A stretch of DNA of 64,000 nt, taken from positions 320,001 through 384,000 of the forward strand of contig CBDCUI010000007.1 in assembly GCA_965222615.1 (NCBI GenBank). The letters are read 5' to 3'. The position numbers and the translations under genes are program-made. Positions 39,460 through 50,192 of this stretch are shown here, piece by piece. The notes beneath the pieces were generated by a model. It did no database searches. It was not told where the DNA came from and saw nothing but the letters and a program-made list of their open reading frames with translations. Numbering within the stretch: position 1 is the first letter of the stretch; each line of letters starts with the position of its first letter. Origin of the DNA: Gammaproteobacteria bacterium (GTDB lineage Bacteria; Pseudomonadota; Gammaproteobacteria; UBA4575).

Positions 39460-42400
39460 ATGAAGATACGCAATAAGAATATATCCCTTGCACCTACAGA
39501 TCTTAGTAATTTTCATAGCTGCCATCATCTTACCTATCTTGATACAAAAAATGCTAAAGGTCTTATAGAACGCCCTAGTCGTTATGGACCACTATTAGAT
39601 GAGCTTAAGGCACGCGGAATTGCTCATGAACAAAAATATTTCGAGCATTTAAAATCACAGGGACTATCGTTTGTTCAGATTAACAATTCTGATTCAGATA
39701 ATTTTTCCAAAGAAACTGCGCTTGAGGAAACAATAGCTGCAATGAGAAATGGTATCGACGTAATATATCAAGCAACTTTGTTGGACAATACTTGGCTGGG
39801 ACGGGCAGATTTTCTCCACAAAGTTGAGTCATCTAGTAAATTTGGGAACTGGTCATACGAAGTCGTCGATACTAAGCTCGCACGTGATACCAAGGCAGGT
39901 ACTATTCTTCAACTATGTGTTTACTCTTATTTACTTTCCAAGCTTCAGGGAACTCGTCCAGAATTCATGTGCGTTGTTACACCGGGGAGTGATTTTATCC
40001 CATTGAAGTATCGTGTGGATGATTATGGCGCGTATTTTCGTTTCGCTGAAAATAACATTACCGATTTTATAGAATCTGAAGAGGATACTTATCCAGAGCT
40101 TGTTCCCCACTGTGACCTTTGTACATGGTGGAGTGAATGCGAAAAACGGCGTCGAGGTGATGACCATCTTTGTTACGTAGCTGGGATTAGGGGTTCTCAA
40201 ATAAAAAGTCTTCGCTCATTAGGTATAGAACGGCTTGCAGATTTAGCGCATCTAGAAAATATTCCTGAAACGCCTCATGGATCCAGAGAAGCACTTACAC
40301 GTGTTCGTGACCAAGCTAAAGTTCAATTTATTGGAAGAGATAAGAGTGGTTCATATTATGAATTTATCGAACCTTTCAATAGTGAACATGGACTTGCGAT
40401 GTTACCGGAACCAACACAAGATGATATTTTCTTGGACTTTGAGGGAAGCCATTTTGTTGAACAAGGAGTTCAGGAATATCTAACAGGATTTTTAACTCTC
40501 GATCCTGATGGAAATCAAAATTATACGGCGCTATGGGCACGAACTCTTGAAGAGGAATGTCGGTCATTTGAAGAGTTTATCGATATTGCGATTGACGCAT
40601 GTATGCGTAATCAAAATGCACATATTTATCATTTTGCTTCCTATGAACCAACGGCACTAAAAAGATTAATGGGTCGATTTGCAACTAGAGGGGAAGAGCT
40701 AGATGATTTATTAAGAAGAGAAGCATTTGTTGATTTATATACCATTGTCAAACGTACTCTAATAGCAAGCGTTGAACGCTACTCAATTAAAGATCTAGAG
40801 CCCTTCTTTGGTTATTCACGTAGTCAAGATTTAGCAGAAGCAACAATGAGCCGGCGAATTGTTGAGAATATTATCGAATCTGGTGATATCGATGATGCTA
40901 ATCAAAAACATTTTCAAATTGTTGAGAGCTACAACCGTGAGGATTGCGAATCTGCGAAACGTCTTAGGGATTGGCTTGAGAAGTTGCGTGAAGAAGTGAT
41001 TTCTAATGGGCACGTACTGCCAAGACCAGATATTAAAACTGGTGATGCTTCGGAAGAGATAAGTGAACTTGATAGTGAATTGCAACGACTTCGAGATGGA
41101 CTTTTGCAAGAAGTTCCAATGGAACCTGAAGACCGTTCTGATGAGCAGCAGGCACGTTTCACTCTCGCGCATATGATGGAATTTCATCGCCGAGAAGATA
41201 AGGCTGCTTGGTGGGAATATTTTCGAGTACTTGATTTAGACCAAAGTGATTACGTGGACGAACGTCGCGCCTTAATAAATCTAAAGTTTGAAAAAGTTGT
41301 TGATGCAAAGCGCGCACCGCTGCAGCGCTACAGTTTTGTTCCGCAAGAGCTTGATGTACGCAGAAATGATGATGTTTACGATAGTGAGGGTAATAAGGTC
41401 GGAAAAGTAACTGATGTTAATTATTCAGCGAGAACAATTGATATTAAGAAAATGATTGCCACAGCGGATGAGCACCCTAATAGTGTGGTTTTTCATAACC
41501 AAGTATCATCAAAAGCACTTCGAGAGTCGCTGATGCGATTTGGTGAATCTGTCTTAGAGCAAGGTTTCAACGGTCAGTTACCATATTCGTCTGGTTTAGA
41601 ACTATTACTTTGTAACTCTTCACCATTGGCTGGGGATAACGGTTCTTTGCAACAAGTCAATGAAAGTACATTAGATGCGGCGTGTAGATTGGCACTAAAT
41701 TTAGATCATCATGTACTTGCTATTCAGGGTCCGCCAGGAACCGGCAAAACTTACACTGGAGCACATATTATTTGTGTGCTGATACAGCAGGGTCTGAAAG
41801 TGGGGGTTACAGCTGTTAGTCATAAAGTCATCGAAAATTTGCTTGAAGGTGCAATGGAAGAAGCACATAAACAAGGAATTAATCTTCAAGGCGTGCATCG
41901 CCAAGACGGAGAGTATCAAGGTAATTGGAATATTGAACGCAAAAAAGATTACAGAACTATAAGACGACAGCTCGACGATGGAAGTATAGACGTTCTTGGT
42001 GCAACTGCATGGTGCTGGGTAAGAGAAGAATTTGAACAAAGTGTTGATGTTCTAATCGTAGATGAGGCTGGACAAATGTCATTGAGTAATGTTTTGGCTG
42101 CATCGCCGGGAAGTAAAGGTTTAGTGTTGCTAGGTGACCCACAACAACTTGAGCAACCATTGCAGAGTAGTCATCCAGAGGGAAGTGAAGTATCTGCTCT
42201 TTATTACTTGCTTGACGGAGAAGATACAATGCCCGCGGATAAAGGCTTATTTCTAAATGAAACTTTCCGACTTCATCCATCCATTTGCCAATTTACATCC
42301 GAAGTTTATTATGAGAAGCGCTTGATTGCGCAGCCTGATCTCATTAATCAGGAAATTATCTTTTTGTTAGATAAAACAAGTAGGATTTCAGGGTCGGGTC

Positions 42401-42897
42401 TACGTTATGTGCCTGTAGTACATACAGGAAATCAGGCTCGATCGCTTGAAGAAGTCGCAGTTATTTCCGAAATTGTTAAGGACCTCCTTGAAGGAGGTTC
42501 ATGGAAGGATAAGGAGCACAATGTTACAACTTTGACCGAACAAGATATCCTTATTGTTGCACCATATAACTCTCAGGTAGCAGCATTGATTGAAGCACTT
42601 CCTATGTTGCAAAATCGAATTGGAACTGTAGATCGTTTTCAAGGACAGGAAGCAGCTCTTGTATTATATTCAATGACATCCTCAAGCGCAGAAGATGCTC
42701 CACGAGGAATGGAGTTTCTTTATGATCGGCACCGATTCAATGTTGCGACTTCTCGTGCTAGAGCTTTATGTATATTGGTCGGTAGTCCTGCTCTATTTGA
42801 TCCAGACTGCAAAACACCACGCCAAATGCGTAGGGTTAACGGGTTCTGTCGTTACATGGAGATGACTAAAAAAATTAGTATGTGTGACAGTTTTTGA
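39460..42897 (+). CDS. TM0106-family RecB-like nuclease / RNase H-like / SF1 helicase fusion
   Basis: GRADFL...VVDTK, FLDFEG, YNREDC, GPPGTGKT, DEAGQ, FQGQE. Confidence 0.88.
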   Translation: MKIRNKNISLAPTDLSNFHSCHHLTYLDTKNAKGLIERPSRYGPLLDELKARGIAHEQKYFEHLKSQGLSFVQINNSDSDNFSKETALEETIAAMRNGIDVIYQATLLDNTWLGRADFLHKVESSSKFGNWSYEVVDTKLARDTKAGTILQLCVYSYLLSKLQGTRPEFMCVVTPGSDFIPLKYRVDDYGAYFRFAENNITDFIESEEDTYPELVPHCDLCTWWSECEKRRRGDDHLCYVAGIRGSQIKSLRSLGIERLADLAHLENIPETPHGSREALTRVRDQAKVQFIGRDKSGSYYEFIEPFNSEHGLAMLPEPTQDDIFLDFEGSHFVEQGVQEYLTGFLTLDPDGNQNYTALWARTLEEECRSFEEFIDIAIDACMRNQNAHIYHFASYEPTALKRLMGRFATRGEELDDLLRREAFVDLYTIVKRTLIASVERYSIKDLEPFFGYSRSQDLAEATMSRRIVENIIESGDIDDANQKHFQIVESYNREDCESAKRLRDWLEKLREEVISNGHVLPRPDIKTGDASEEISELDSELQRLRDGLLQEVPMEPEDRSDEQQARFTLAHMMEFHRREDKAAWWEYFRVLDLDQSDYVDERRALINLKFEKVVDAKRAPLQRYSFVPQELDVRRNDDVYDSEGNKVGKVTDVNYSARTIDIKKMIATADEHPNSVVFHNQVSSKALRESLMRFGESVLEQGFNGQLPYSSGLELLLCNSSPLAGDNGSLQQVNESTLDAACRLALNLDHHVLAIQGPPGTGKTYTGAHIICVLIQQGLKVGVTAVSHKVIENLLEGAMEEAHKQGINLQGVHRQDGEYQGNWNIERKKDYRTIRRQLDDGSIDVLGATAWCWVREEFEQSVDVLIVDEAGQMSLSNVLAASPGSKGLVLLGDPQQLEQPLQSSHPEGSEVSALYYLLDGEDTMPADKGLFLNETFRLHPSICQFTSEVYYEKRLIAQPDLINQEIIFLLDKTSRISGSGLRYVPVVHTGNQARSLEEVAVISEIVKDLLEGGSWKDKEHNVTTLTEQDILIVAPYNSQVAALIEALPMLQNRIGTVDRFQGQEAALVLYSMTSSSAEDAPRGMEFLYDRHRFNVATSRARALCILVGSPALFDPDCKTPRQMRRVNGFCRYMEMTKKISMCDSF

Positions 42898-43123
42898 TTA
42901 TTTTGTTAATTGGACAATGTTTTTAGACACTAAGTTATTAATCATCGCCCCTCGAACAAGCCCATGATAGTTATGTACTTGGAAGGACCCCCTAAAAATA
43001 ATCCTTTAAAATAATGAATCGATAATTGTCATTGTTAAACATTGCATTCAGGATTTAGCAAAAATACATAATTCTTTTTTCATACGCAGTGTATGAGTCC
43101 ACGGTTCATCTCAAATCTAATAA

Positions 43124-43366
43124 TTAGTCGTAATCATCATCGTAATAACCGAATAAGTCACATCCATTATCAAACATGCCAGTACAGTGGTTATATATAC
43201 CGGCTAGATTATTCGCATTGGTACCTCTAATATAATCACGATAATCATCATCACTCATATAAACATTGCGAAAACATGGTTCGCCCATACCGTCAAATGG
43301 ATCTGATGTATCAAGCTTAAAAAGCTCTGAAATAAAATCGAAAAGAAAGATTACGATTGTGCGCAT
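43124..43366 (-). CDS. small acidic hypothetical protein
   Basis: 80-aa ORF only. Confidence 0.45.
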   Translation of the reverse strand: MRTIVIFLFDFISELFKLDTSDPFDGMGEPCFRNVYMSDDDYRDYIRGTNANNLAGIYNHCTGMFDNGCDLFGYYDDDYD

Positions 43367-43555
43367 ATAGCAGTGCTGAATTTATATTTCTAGATACAAT
43401 TGTACACCTACTAAAGAAGACCGCGACGGCGCCCCGCCGCGGCTTCTCCCGTTGTCAGCCTTACGGCTGGCCCGTGCCCTAGGGAATTTTATTTAAACAC
43501 CAATAATTTTATTTGAGCATATTTAAACACTGCGTATTAGTGGATCGATTAAACC

Positions 43556-44422
43556 TTACCTACCAAGATAAACACTTATTATTTGGATGCGTTCGTGGCC
43601 TAGCTCTCGACTGATCTGCTGTCTTGCTAATTGGTCTTTTATTAATTGTTTGAGGTTCAACTCTTTAGCTTTTGGCCCACCCGCGGCTGGAGACTTCCAG
43701 CTTGTTAGCTCAAAATATCGATTTTGTGCATATCGGTGCCTCAACCCATGTACCTTACTAAGCCCTATATATAAGGTATGTCGCTCATATGACTTAAGTT
43801 GCTGGATATATGATTTGTTTGGAGGTATCAAGGAACCCTTTCCAACCAATTGATGAGAAATGGCAATTGCCATTTTTTGAGATTCGGTTCGTATAGGAAT
43901 TGCCCTTTCTTTTCCTCCCTTTGTCCAGCTACTTTTTAGAACGAGTTGATTCTTACGATCGGCCCAATGAGGTTGAATCTTTATAGCTTCTTCTCTCCTG
44001 AGACCAAATTCCCGTTGCAACAAAAGACTAGCCCGCACCCATGGGTCTTTAACTAAATTTAGTTGCTCGTAACTTACATTGATTGCTTTTGATTCATTGT
44101 TTAGATAGTTTCGGTTCGGGATACTATAGAAAGAATTATCCTTTGCAATTACAGAACCACGATTAACTTTTTCTGCCCACCATCTCAGTGCGGCCATCCT
44201 ATTTTTGATGGTACCTGTACTGATATCTTGTTCTTGCCAGATTTGAATTAGTCTATATACATGTCTTCCTTTTAGTTGTTGGGCATGTAGTTTTTTATAA
44301 CCCGCTTCATGGAGCTGGTTGGCAATCAGATTTAAGATCTTTATTCGATTGGCCTGGGTGGCATAACTTCCATCGCGGTTTCTCCTACAAAGTTGTTTAA
44401 GTTCATAATTAAGATCCCTCAT
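43556..44422 (-). CDS. second tyrosine recombinase (integrase family)
   Basis: FGLRREE, TKGG, HGLRHRY, LGH...Y. Confidence 0.88.
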   Translation of the reverse strand: MRDLNYELKQLCRRNRDGSYATQANRIKILNLIANQLHEAGYKKLHAQQLKGRHVYRLIQIWQEQDISTGTIKNRMAALRWWAEKVNRGSVIAKDNSFYSIPNRNYLNNESKAINVSYEQLNLVKDPWVRASLLLQREFGLRREEAIKIQPHWADRKNQLVLKSSWTKGGKERAIPIRTESQKMAIAISHQLVGKGSLIPPNKSYIQQLKSYERHTLYIGLSKVHGLRHRYAQNRYFELTSWKSPAAGGPKAKELNLKQLIKDQLARQQISRELGHERIQIISVYLGR

Positions 44423-44837
44423 GTATTTAATTGGTAAGTGTTAATGACTCGTCTAGTTGTGCCGTAGCACAAAAGATTTTTAAAGAGTCGAATTACGGAT
44501 CATGTCTCTGAATGAAACTTCCATTGCATCATCCTGTTGGCGATTACAATGGAATATGGGTCTTTTTAGTTTGATAGCACCTCCTTAGTTAAGTTAAATA
44601 GTTAGTGAATAGTGGTTCGCGATTTAGATGGATCACGAACCTTCAGGGCGTTCGTTTATTGTCTGAACAAGACTAGGGTTCTACTTTGTATAGTAGATAT
44701 AGGTGCTTGGTTTTGAGTCTAAGCAGGACTCCCATTTAGTTCTGGGCGACAATGAATTCGTTGTGCACTAATAGTTGCAGATCACCACACCGTCACTCTC
44801 GATTTGGCTTTGTAACCCGCACTAGGTATGGGTTGGT

Positions 44838-44876
44838 GCGCATTGTCACTACCGCATTCGCGTAGTGACAATGCGC
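44838..44876. repeat. perfect 15-bp inverted repeat
   Basis: GCGCATTGTCACTAC-N9-GTAGTGACAATGCGC. Confidence 0.9.
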
Positions 44877-44898
44877 TTGGCGCAAGTAAATAGAAATG

Positions 44899-45201
44899 CT
44901 ATTTCAATATTTCAAACTTCATTAGAGCAGTTGGGCCATGCATTTCTACATTAATAGCATTAATTTCTCTAAGTTGTTTTACATAGGTTCGACATTGTCG
45001 ATCTGTACGACTTAGTACCTTGCATACTTCAGCAAGGTCAAAACACCCTATTCCATACTGATTAGCACATGCACGAAGATATCCATAGGTAAGCTTTGCG
45101 CCATGACAAATATCGCGGCGAATTGCGATAGGCAGAGGAATCACCATACACTCATTTCCATTTTTATTACAGGTGCAATAGGTTGAGTTAATTTTAGTCA
45201 T
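44899..45201 (-). CDS. small winged-HTH protein (replication-initiator N-terminus-like)
   Basis: AKLTYGYL...LSRTDRQCRTYVKQL. Confidence 0.5.
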   Translation of the reverse strand: MTKINSTYCTCNKNGNECMVIPLPIAIRRDICHGAKLTYGYLRACANQYGIGCFDLAEVCKVLSRTDRQCRTYVKQLREINAINVEMHGPTALMKFEILK

Positions 45202-45472
45202 TATTAACCTCCTTTAAGAATGTTTGATATTCATCGTCATTTAATGCAAATACTGCAGCCACATGCGCAGCAGGATAAAACACACGACGACCAAAATATC
45301 GTTTACTTTTTAGAAGATTTTTTATCTTTAGGCTTTTACTTGTTCGCAAAACATTCCCAAGACTTTCCGGTGATGTATGTACGATTTCAGCGAGATGCTG
45401 CCTTGAAATTGGATCCCCATATCTTTTTACATATGAGTCCAACATTTGTTTATATAACTCGTTTCCAAACAT
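45194..45472 (-). CDS. small DNA-binding protein (excisionase-like)
   Basis: YGDPISRQHLAEI...FGRRVFY. Confidence 0.55.
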   Translation of the reverse strand: MFGNELYKQMLDSYVKRYGDPISRQHLAEIVHTSPESLGNVLRTSKSLKIKNLLKSKRYFGRRVFYPAAHVAAVFALNDDEYQTFLKEVNND

Positions 45473-45829
45473 ATTTTCTCCAAAGTTAGAAAGCTTCTAC
45501 GCAAATAAAATAACGGAAGATAATTTCGCGCAGAAGCTCTAAAACACGAGAATTTCTCCCAAAATATAAGTTGAGAACATTTATAAGTTTGTATAGGAGG
45601 AACCACGAAGTTGGTTAACTAGAATGCGCAACTTACTTGCACACTCAGGTAAGGACCTGTTCGTGACTCAAAGTGGAGTCAGTACAAAGAAGTATTACTT
45701 CAAGGCACAGTTGTGTATAAGTAAAGCATCTCTATGGAAGAGATAACTAGGGATGTGGCAGATTTCCCTAGCGGTTCTTATGATTATATGATTTGCGTAT
45801 TTCGTCAATAGTTTGGAAAAAAACTTCCG

Positions 45830-46497
45830 CTAGTTATCATTTTGAGTTGATGTCGTTGGAGGTTTATATTTTTCGGGTCTTGTTGTTATTAAATATTTAG
45901 TCTTCGTATCTTCTATTTTAAATGGCATTCTACAATTTTCTAAATGTGGAATTTTAATAGATCCTGTTTTATGAGCATATTGTCCTAATTCCTTACTATG
46001 TCTAAACCCAGGTGGACTGATAAGCTTAATTTTTCGTTTTTTACTTAATCCATTGATTACTTGTAGCGCAGGTGCAAAGTCACTGTCTTGACTAACTATG
46101 AATGCTTCATCGAAATTATCGTTATAAGCTTCTCTAATCATAGTAACTGCAATATTTACATCGGTTTGCTTTTCTTCATGTGAAATCCATGTAGTTCCGC
46201 ATGTCTTACAGCCACTTGATTTTTCTTTGAATGACCCCAATATTACTTTTACACCACATGCTTCTTGTGCTCTTATAAATTTTTTATGCCTTTTGGCTGG
46301 GTTAATTAGCCATTCAGCTATAGCGGTAAAATAGTAGACATCAACAAGTTTATGGTTAGCAGGATTTGTAAAGGTTTCCATTAACCTCCACATATCCACC
46401 CATTTTAGATCATTGCGATCTAAATTATTGATTGCATGTATAAATTAAAACTATCTATAAAGGCTATAACCCTAGTTGGATGAGTGTTGACTACCAA
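45830..46497 (-). pseudogene. NYN-domain (LabA/DUF88) nuclease, frameshifted near 46440
   Basis: RVIAFIDSFNLY in one frame; HAINNL...EEKQTDV...SQDSDF in another. Confidence 0.75.
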
Positions 46498-46674
46498 GAT
46501 AGAGCTCCTTTATAGTGATAGTGATTTTAATCCCGCATGCTAGAGATAGTGTGCGCCTACCGCGGGGCATGCCCCCGCGGTTCTATTTTCAAATCTGAAC
46601 TCTTAATCCCCACTATTGTTTTCTTTTGTAGCAGTAAGAGTTTTAGATGTTTGAAAAAAGTCTTCAAATAAAAG

Positions 46675-46908
46675 CTAAGTTGTATTTGACAGATCATCAT
46701 CTATAAATTTCCCCTCACGATTATATTGTTTGTATATTTTACGTAGGATACTTGGTCGTTTCTCAGCAATCTTCTTAATAGCAGCCGTTAAAATATCTTT
46801 TAACTCTTCTTCTGTAAGTGTTTTGTTAGGATCTCCTCCGCCTATCTCAATCAAGGTTTTTTCTAAATTAGTTGTAAGTTTAGTTTTATTCCCAAGTTGA
46901 ATTGCCAT
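46675..46908 (-). CDS. hypothetical protein
   Basis: 77-aa ORF right after the integrase. Confidence 0.5.
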   Translation of the reverse strand: MAIQLGNKTKLTTNLEKTLIEIGGGDPNKTLTEEELKDILTAAIKKIAEKRPSILRKIYKQYNREGKFIDDDLSNTT

Positions 46909-46917
46909 AACAGTTAA

Positions 46918-47961
46918 TCACTGAATATTAAGTTGATCTAACTTCGAAACTAAATCTTCAGCTCGAAGGTGTGTATATCGTTTCAACATCTGCATGCTTT
47001 TATGTCCGCTAATGGCAGCGACTTCTTGATCCCCTAATCCGGCTTCAACTAAACGGCTAATTGCTTCATGCCTGAGGTCATGAAATCTTAAGTCATGTAA
47101 TTTAGCTTTTGCTATAGCTTTTCTCCATGCGGGACGATATTGATATGGGCGACGTTTCCCATCTTTACCTGGCTCACCATAAAAAACTAAATTTGTATCA
47201 AACGGTCTAATTTTTTCGCTTAAAACTTCATTTAAAACAGATACTGCTACTTTATTAAGTGGCACTGTTCTTGAATTACCATTCTTTGTATCAGACAACC
47301 TAATAACCCTTTTCTTTAAATCAATTTGGTTACGCTCAAGGCTTTGAATTTCACCTGCGCGCATTCCAGTTGATAATGCTAAACGAGTCATCCAACCAAG
47401 TTTTGGATTTCTTTTGTTATTACACACTTCTAGTAGTTTCTTTTCCTCATCAACTGACAGTCGCCGATCTCTTCCTTTACTTGGTGAAGGTTTTCTAATG
47501 TTAAGAACTGGATTAAATGAAACTCCCAATCCCCATTCTTGTATTGCAACAGTATATAGGTGTGAAAGCAGTGCCAACTCTAGTCGTACTGTATCTGGTG
47601 ATTTTCTGAGTTTTAATCGATTATCACGGTATTCAGCAATTTTTTGTGCAGTTAATGATGCAAGAGAATAATTTCCCAACTTTTCAATAAGTCTATCTGC
47701 TCTTCTTTTTTCTGCTGTTTGCGTAGTTTGCTTTTTTGTAACAGTTACTTCTAAAAGATATCGTTGCAATGCATTCTGTAAAGTTGTTCGTTCTGCAGGC
47801 GCTCGATTTAAATAAACACCTCTCACCATTTCATCTTCGATACTTCGAGACCAGTCTTCAGCATCGCGCTTTGTACGAAATGTTTTTGAAGCAGTAGGCC
47901 AGCCTTGTTTTCTAACCAAAGCTTTCCACTTATTAGATGAAGTTTTTACGAAGGTTGCCAA
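46918..47961 (-). CDS. int: site-specific integrase (tyrosine recombinase)
   Basis: TGMRAGE, TKNG, FHDLRHEA, SGHKSMQMLKRY. Confidence 0.95.
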   Translation of the reverse strand: MATFVKTSSNKWKALVRKQGWPTASKTFRTKRDAEDWSRSIEDEMVRGVYLNRAPAERTTLQNALQRYLLEVTVTKKQTTQTAEKRRADRLIEKLGNYSLASLTAQKIAEYRDNRLKLRKSPDTVRLELALLSHLYTVAIQEWGLGVSFNPVLNIRKPSPSKGRDRRLSVDEEKKLLEVCNNKRNPKLGWMTRLALSTGMRAGEIQSLERNQIDLKKRVIRLSDTKNGNSRTVPLNKVAVSVLNEVLSEKIRPFDTNLVFYGEPGKDGKRRPYQYRPAWRKAIAKAKLHDLRFHDLRHEAISRLVEAGLGDQEVAAISGHKSMQMLKRYTHLRAEDLVSKLDQLNIQ

Positions 47962-48046
47962 CCTGGTACAATCCCAAAATTTACTGTACCCCTATTGTAC
48001 CTGAGTCCTGATGAATGGTTAAGCGATTTATAAGTTATTGATTTAA

Positions 48047-48122
48047 TGGTGGCCAGGGGCGGAATCGAACCACCGACACGAGGATTTTCAGTCCACTGCT
48101 CTACCAACTGAGCTACCTGGCC
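48047..48122 (-). tRNA. trnF-GAA: host tRNA-Phe(GAA), integration target
   Basis: Canonical 76-nt cloverleaf, loop CTGAAAA. Confidence 0.95.
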
Positions 48123-48243
48123 AAATTGTAAAAAATGATCTTTCGTTTTGTTTTAGTTTGGACTGAAAATAGGATTTTCAGCCACTCTCCACCTTGCCGC
48201 TACGCGACCCCGCCATCCTGGCCAAATTGGTGAAAGATTTAAA

Positions 48244-48279
48244 GCGCGCTATTAAACGGCTGTATATATAAGGAGTCAA
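48244..48279 (-). promoter_or_regulatory. sigma70 promoter for tRNA-Phe
   Basis: TTGACT-17 bp-TTTAAT followed by AGCGCGC. Confidence 0.65.
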
Positions 48280-48297
48280 TATAAATTTGATGGAAGT

Positions 48298-48576
48298 CTA
48301 AGATTGAGCGTTGGGATCAACGAATTCTTTAGGTTTTTCGGAGCCTTCGCCAAAAAAGAATTTCTCCATCTCTTCCTCTAGGAATTTGCGAGCCTTTGGA
48401 TCTACCGGAGTTAAACGATATTCGTTCATGAGCATCGTCTGGTGTCCCACCCACATCTGCCAGCCTTCTTTAGACACATTGTCATAAATTTTCTGGCCTA
48501 GCTCACCTGGATAAGGCATGTACTCTAAGCCTTCAGCTTCTTTATTAAGCTTCACACATTGCACCATGCGCGTCAT
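48298..48576 (-). CDS. yggX: oxidative damage protection / Fe(II) trafficking protein
   Basis: [10 protein letters not shown]...HQTMLMNE; follows mutY. Confidence 0.93.
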   Translation of the reverse strand: MTRMVQCVKLNKEAEGLEYMPYPGELGQKIYDNVSKEGWQMWVGHQTMLMNEYRLTPVDPKARKFLEEEMEKFFFGEGSEKPKEFVDPNAQS

Positions 48577-49648
48577 GGGATTGTTCCTTTTTATACTGTT
48601 GTACTCGTTGCAGGGTTTTTTTGACTGGCGTTGCTAAACCAACTTTTTGCCTAGCACTTTTATACCAAACCCCGAGATCGTCTTCCATTACACCATTGGG
48701 TTTATTCTCAATAGCAACTAATTTGGGCTGCAGTTGCAGCTGAAAATGGGAAAAAGTATGTGAAATTATCGGAAGGGTTATCGCTTCTGAGATATTTTTA
48801 TGCCAAGCTTCATGCAGCCATGTATTTAAGCTGGTTTCATCGGTAAATTCTGGAAAACTATACAGACCTCCCCATATTCCTACAGGTGGGCGTTTTTCTA
48901 ACCAAATTGCTCCCTTTGAATCTTGTATCACCGCAACGATGAGTTTGCGTTGCGGTAATTTTCGTGAAGGTTTTGCAGTAGGCAATTCATGTTGCCGCTG
49001 CTGTGCAAAAGCTGCGCAATTTTTTTGAATGGGACAAAGCAAACAACTTGGATTGCTACGCGTACATAAAGTGGCCCCCAAATCCATCATCGCCTGAGTA
49101 TACTTTGCCATGCTTTGGGCATTATTTTTTTTGGGCAGTAGTGATTCCGCATGTCCCCAAAGTTGCTGTTCAACTTTACGTTCACTCGGCCAACCTTCCA
49201 CAGCAAAAAAACGAGCCAGTACCCGTTTTACGTTGCCATCTAAAATGGCATGCGATTGATTGAAACTTAAAGCCAGGATGGCGGCTGCCGTGGAACGCCC
49301 AATACCGGGTAACGCAATCACTTCCTCAAAGGTTTGTGGAAATTCTCCTTGGTGTTTTGTACAAATTTGTTGGGCTGTTAGATGTAAATTTCGTGCGCGT
49401 GCGTAATATCCCAAACCAGTCCATAGATGCAATACTTCATCGATGGGTGCCTTTGCCAGTTGTTTTACATTTGGAAAACGTTGCATGAATTTTTCATAGT
49501 AGGGAACTACGGTCTCGACCCGCGTTTGTTGCAACATGATTTCTGAAACCCAAATACGATACGGATCTCGATCTTGCTGCCAAGGCAAATCTTTGCGGCC
49601 ATGTTGTTGGAACCATGTCAAGATTTGAGTACTAAAGTTCTCATTCAT
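48545..49648 (-). CDS. mutY: A/G-specific adenine glycosylase
   Basis: [25 protein letters not shown], Fe-S Cys motif. Confidence 0.97.
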   Translation of the reverse strand: MNENFSTQILTWFQQHGRKDLPWQQDRDPYRIWVSEIMLQQTRVETVVPYYEKFMQRFPNVKQLAKAPIDEVLHLWTGLGYYARARNLHLTAQQICTKHQGEFPQTFEEVIALPGIGRSTAAAILALSFNQSHAILDGNVKRVLARFFAVEGWPSERKVEQQLWGHAESLLPKKNNAQSMAKYTQAMMDLGATLCTRSNPSCLLCPIQKNCAAFAQQRQHELPTAKPSRKLPQRKLIVAVIQDSKGAIWLEKRPPVGIWGGLYSFPEFTDETSLNTWLHEAWHKNISEAITLPIISHTFSHFQLQLQPKLVAIENKPNGVMEDDLGVWYKSARQKVGLATPVKKTLQRVQQYKKEQSHDAHGAMCEA

Positions 49649-50192
49649 GATTCGTTTTTGAACTGGCGCGCACTTGCTCAACACTTTCGATAACTCGTGC
49701 TTTAAATTTTCTTGTTAACACGTAAGAACGAATGATGGGCGGCACCCAAAATTTAGGTTGTACCTTGGCATGATACTCTACGGTTGTGCTTGATGGGTTT
49801 TGAGTCAGCTCCCAACTTGCATAGCCCGAACGCAAATCACTTAACAAGGGAATCACAATGGCCTCTAGTTTGTTATTTCCGTCTTGTAGCATATCTTCTA
49901 CACGGGTAATGTCTTTACAAAAAAATAACACGCAATCATGTACCACGGTGCGTATACGTGTTTTGGTATCATCTGGCGTTGCTATAATTTCACTAACTTT
50001 TATTGCCGGACTAAGATTAGCGATATTTTCATAGTCCGTTAGCACCGCCATCACTCGTACCGGGGAGGCCTCGACATCAAACTTGGCGGTGAGATAATAG
50101 ATGCCTTGCTCGTAGCGCACATCAAACTCATCGGCTTGGGCAATGCCCACTACGCAAATCCATACGAGGAATACGTAGTGGATCGATTTCAT
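49641..50192 (-). CDS. secreted SRPBCC/START-like protein
   Basis: Signal peptide; VLTDYE; PKFWVPP. Confidence 0.65.
   Translation of the reverse strand: MKSIHYVFLVWICVVGIAQADEFDVRYEQGIYYLTAKFDVEASPVRVMAVLTDYENIANLSPAIKVSEIIATPDDTKTRIRTVVHDCVLFFCKDITRVEDMLQDGNNKLEAIVIPLLSDLRSGYASWELTQNPSSTTVEYHAKVQPKFWVPPIIRSYVLTRKFKARVIESVEQVRASSKTNHE

Larger units (their letters stand above)
33331..48092. mobile_element. integrative genomic island in tRNA-Phe (~14.7 kb)
   Basis: 47-bp direct repeats; integrase adjacent to the tRNA. Confidence 0.92.

Noticed and set aside
33452-42483. Antisense and nested ORFs within the two helicase genes
   Set aside because: They overlap long motif-bearing genes and show no motifs of their own
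21516-48092. Prophage
   Set aside because: No terminase, capsid, tail or lysis genes recognised
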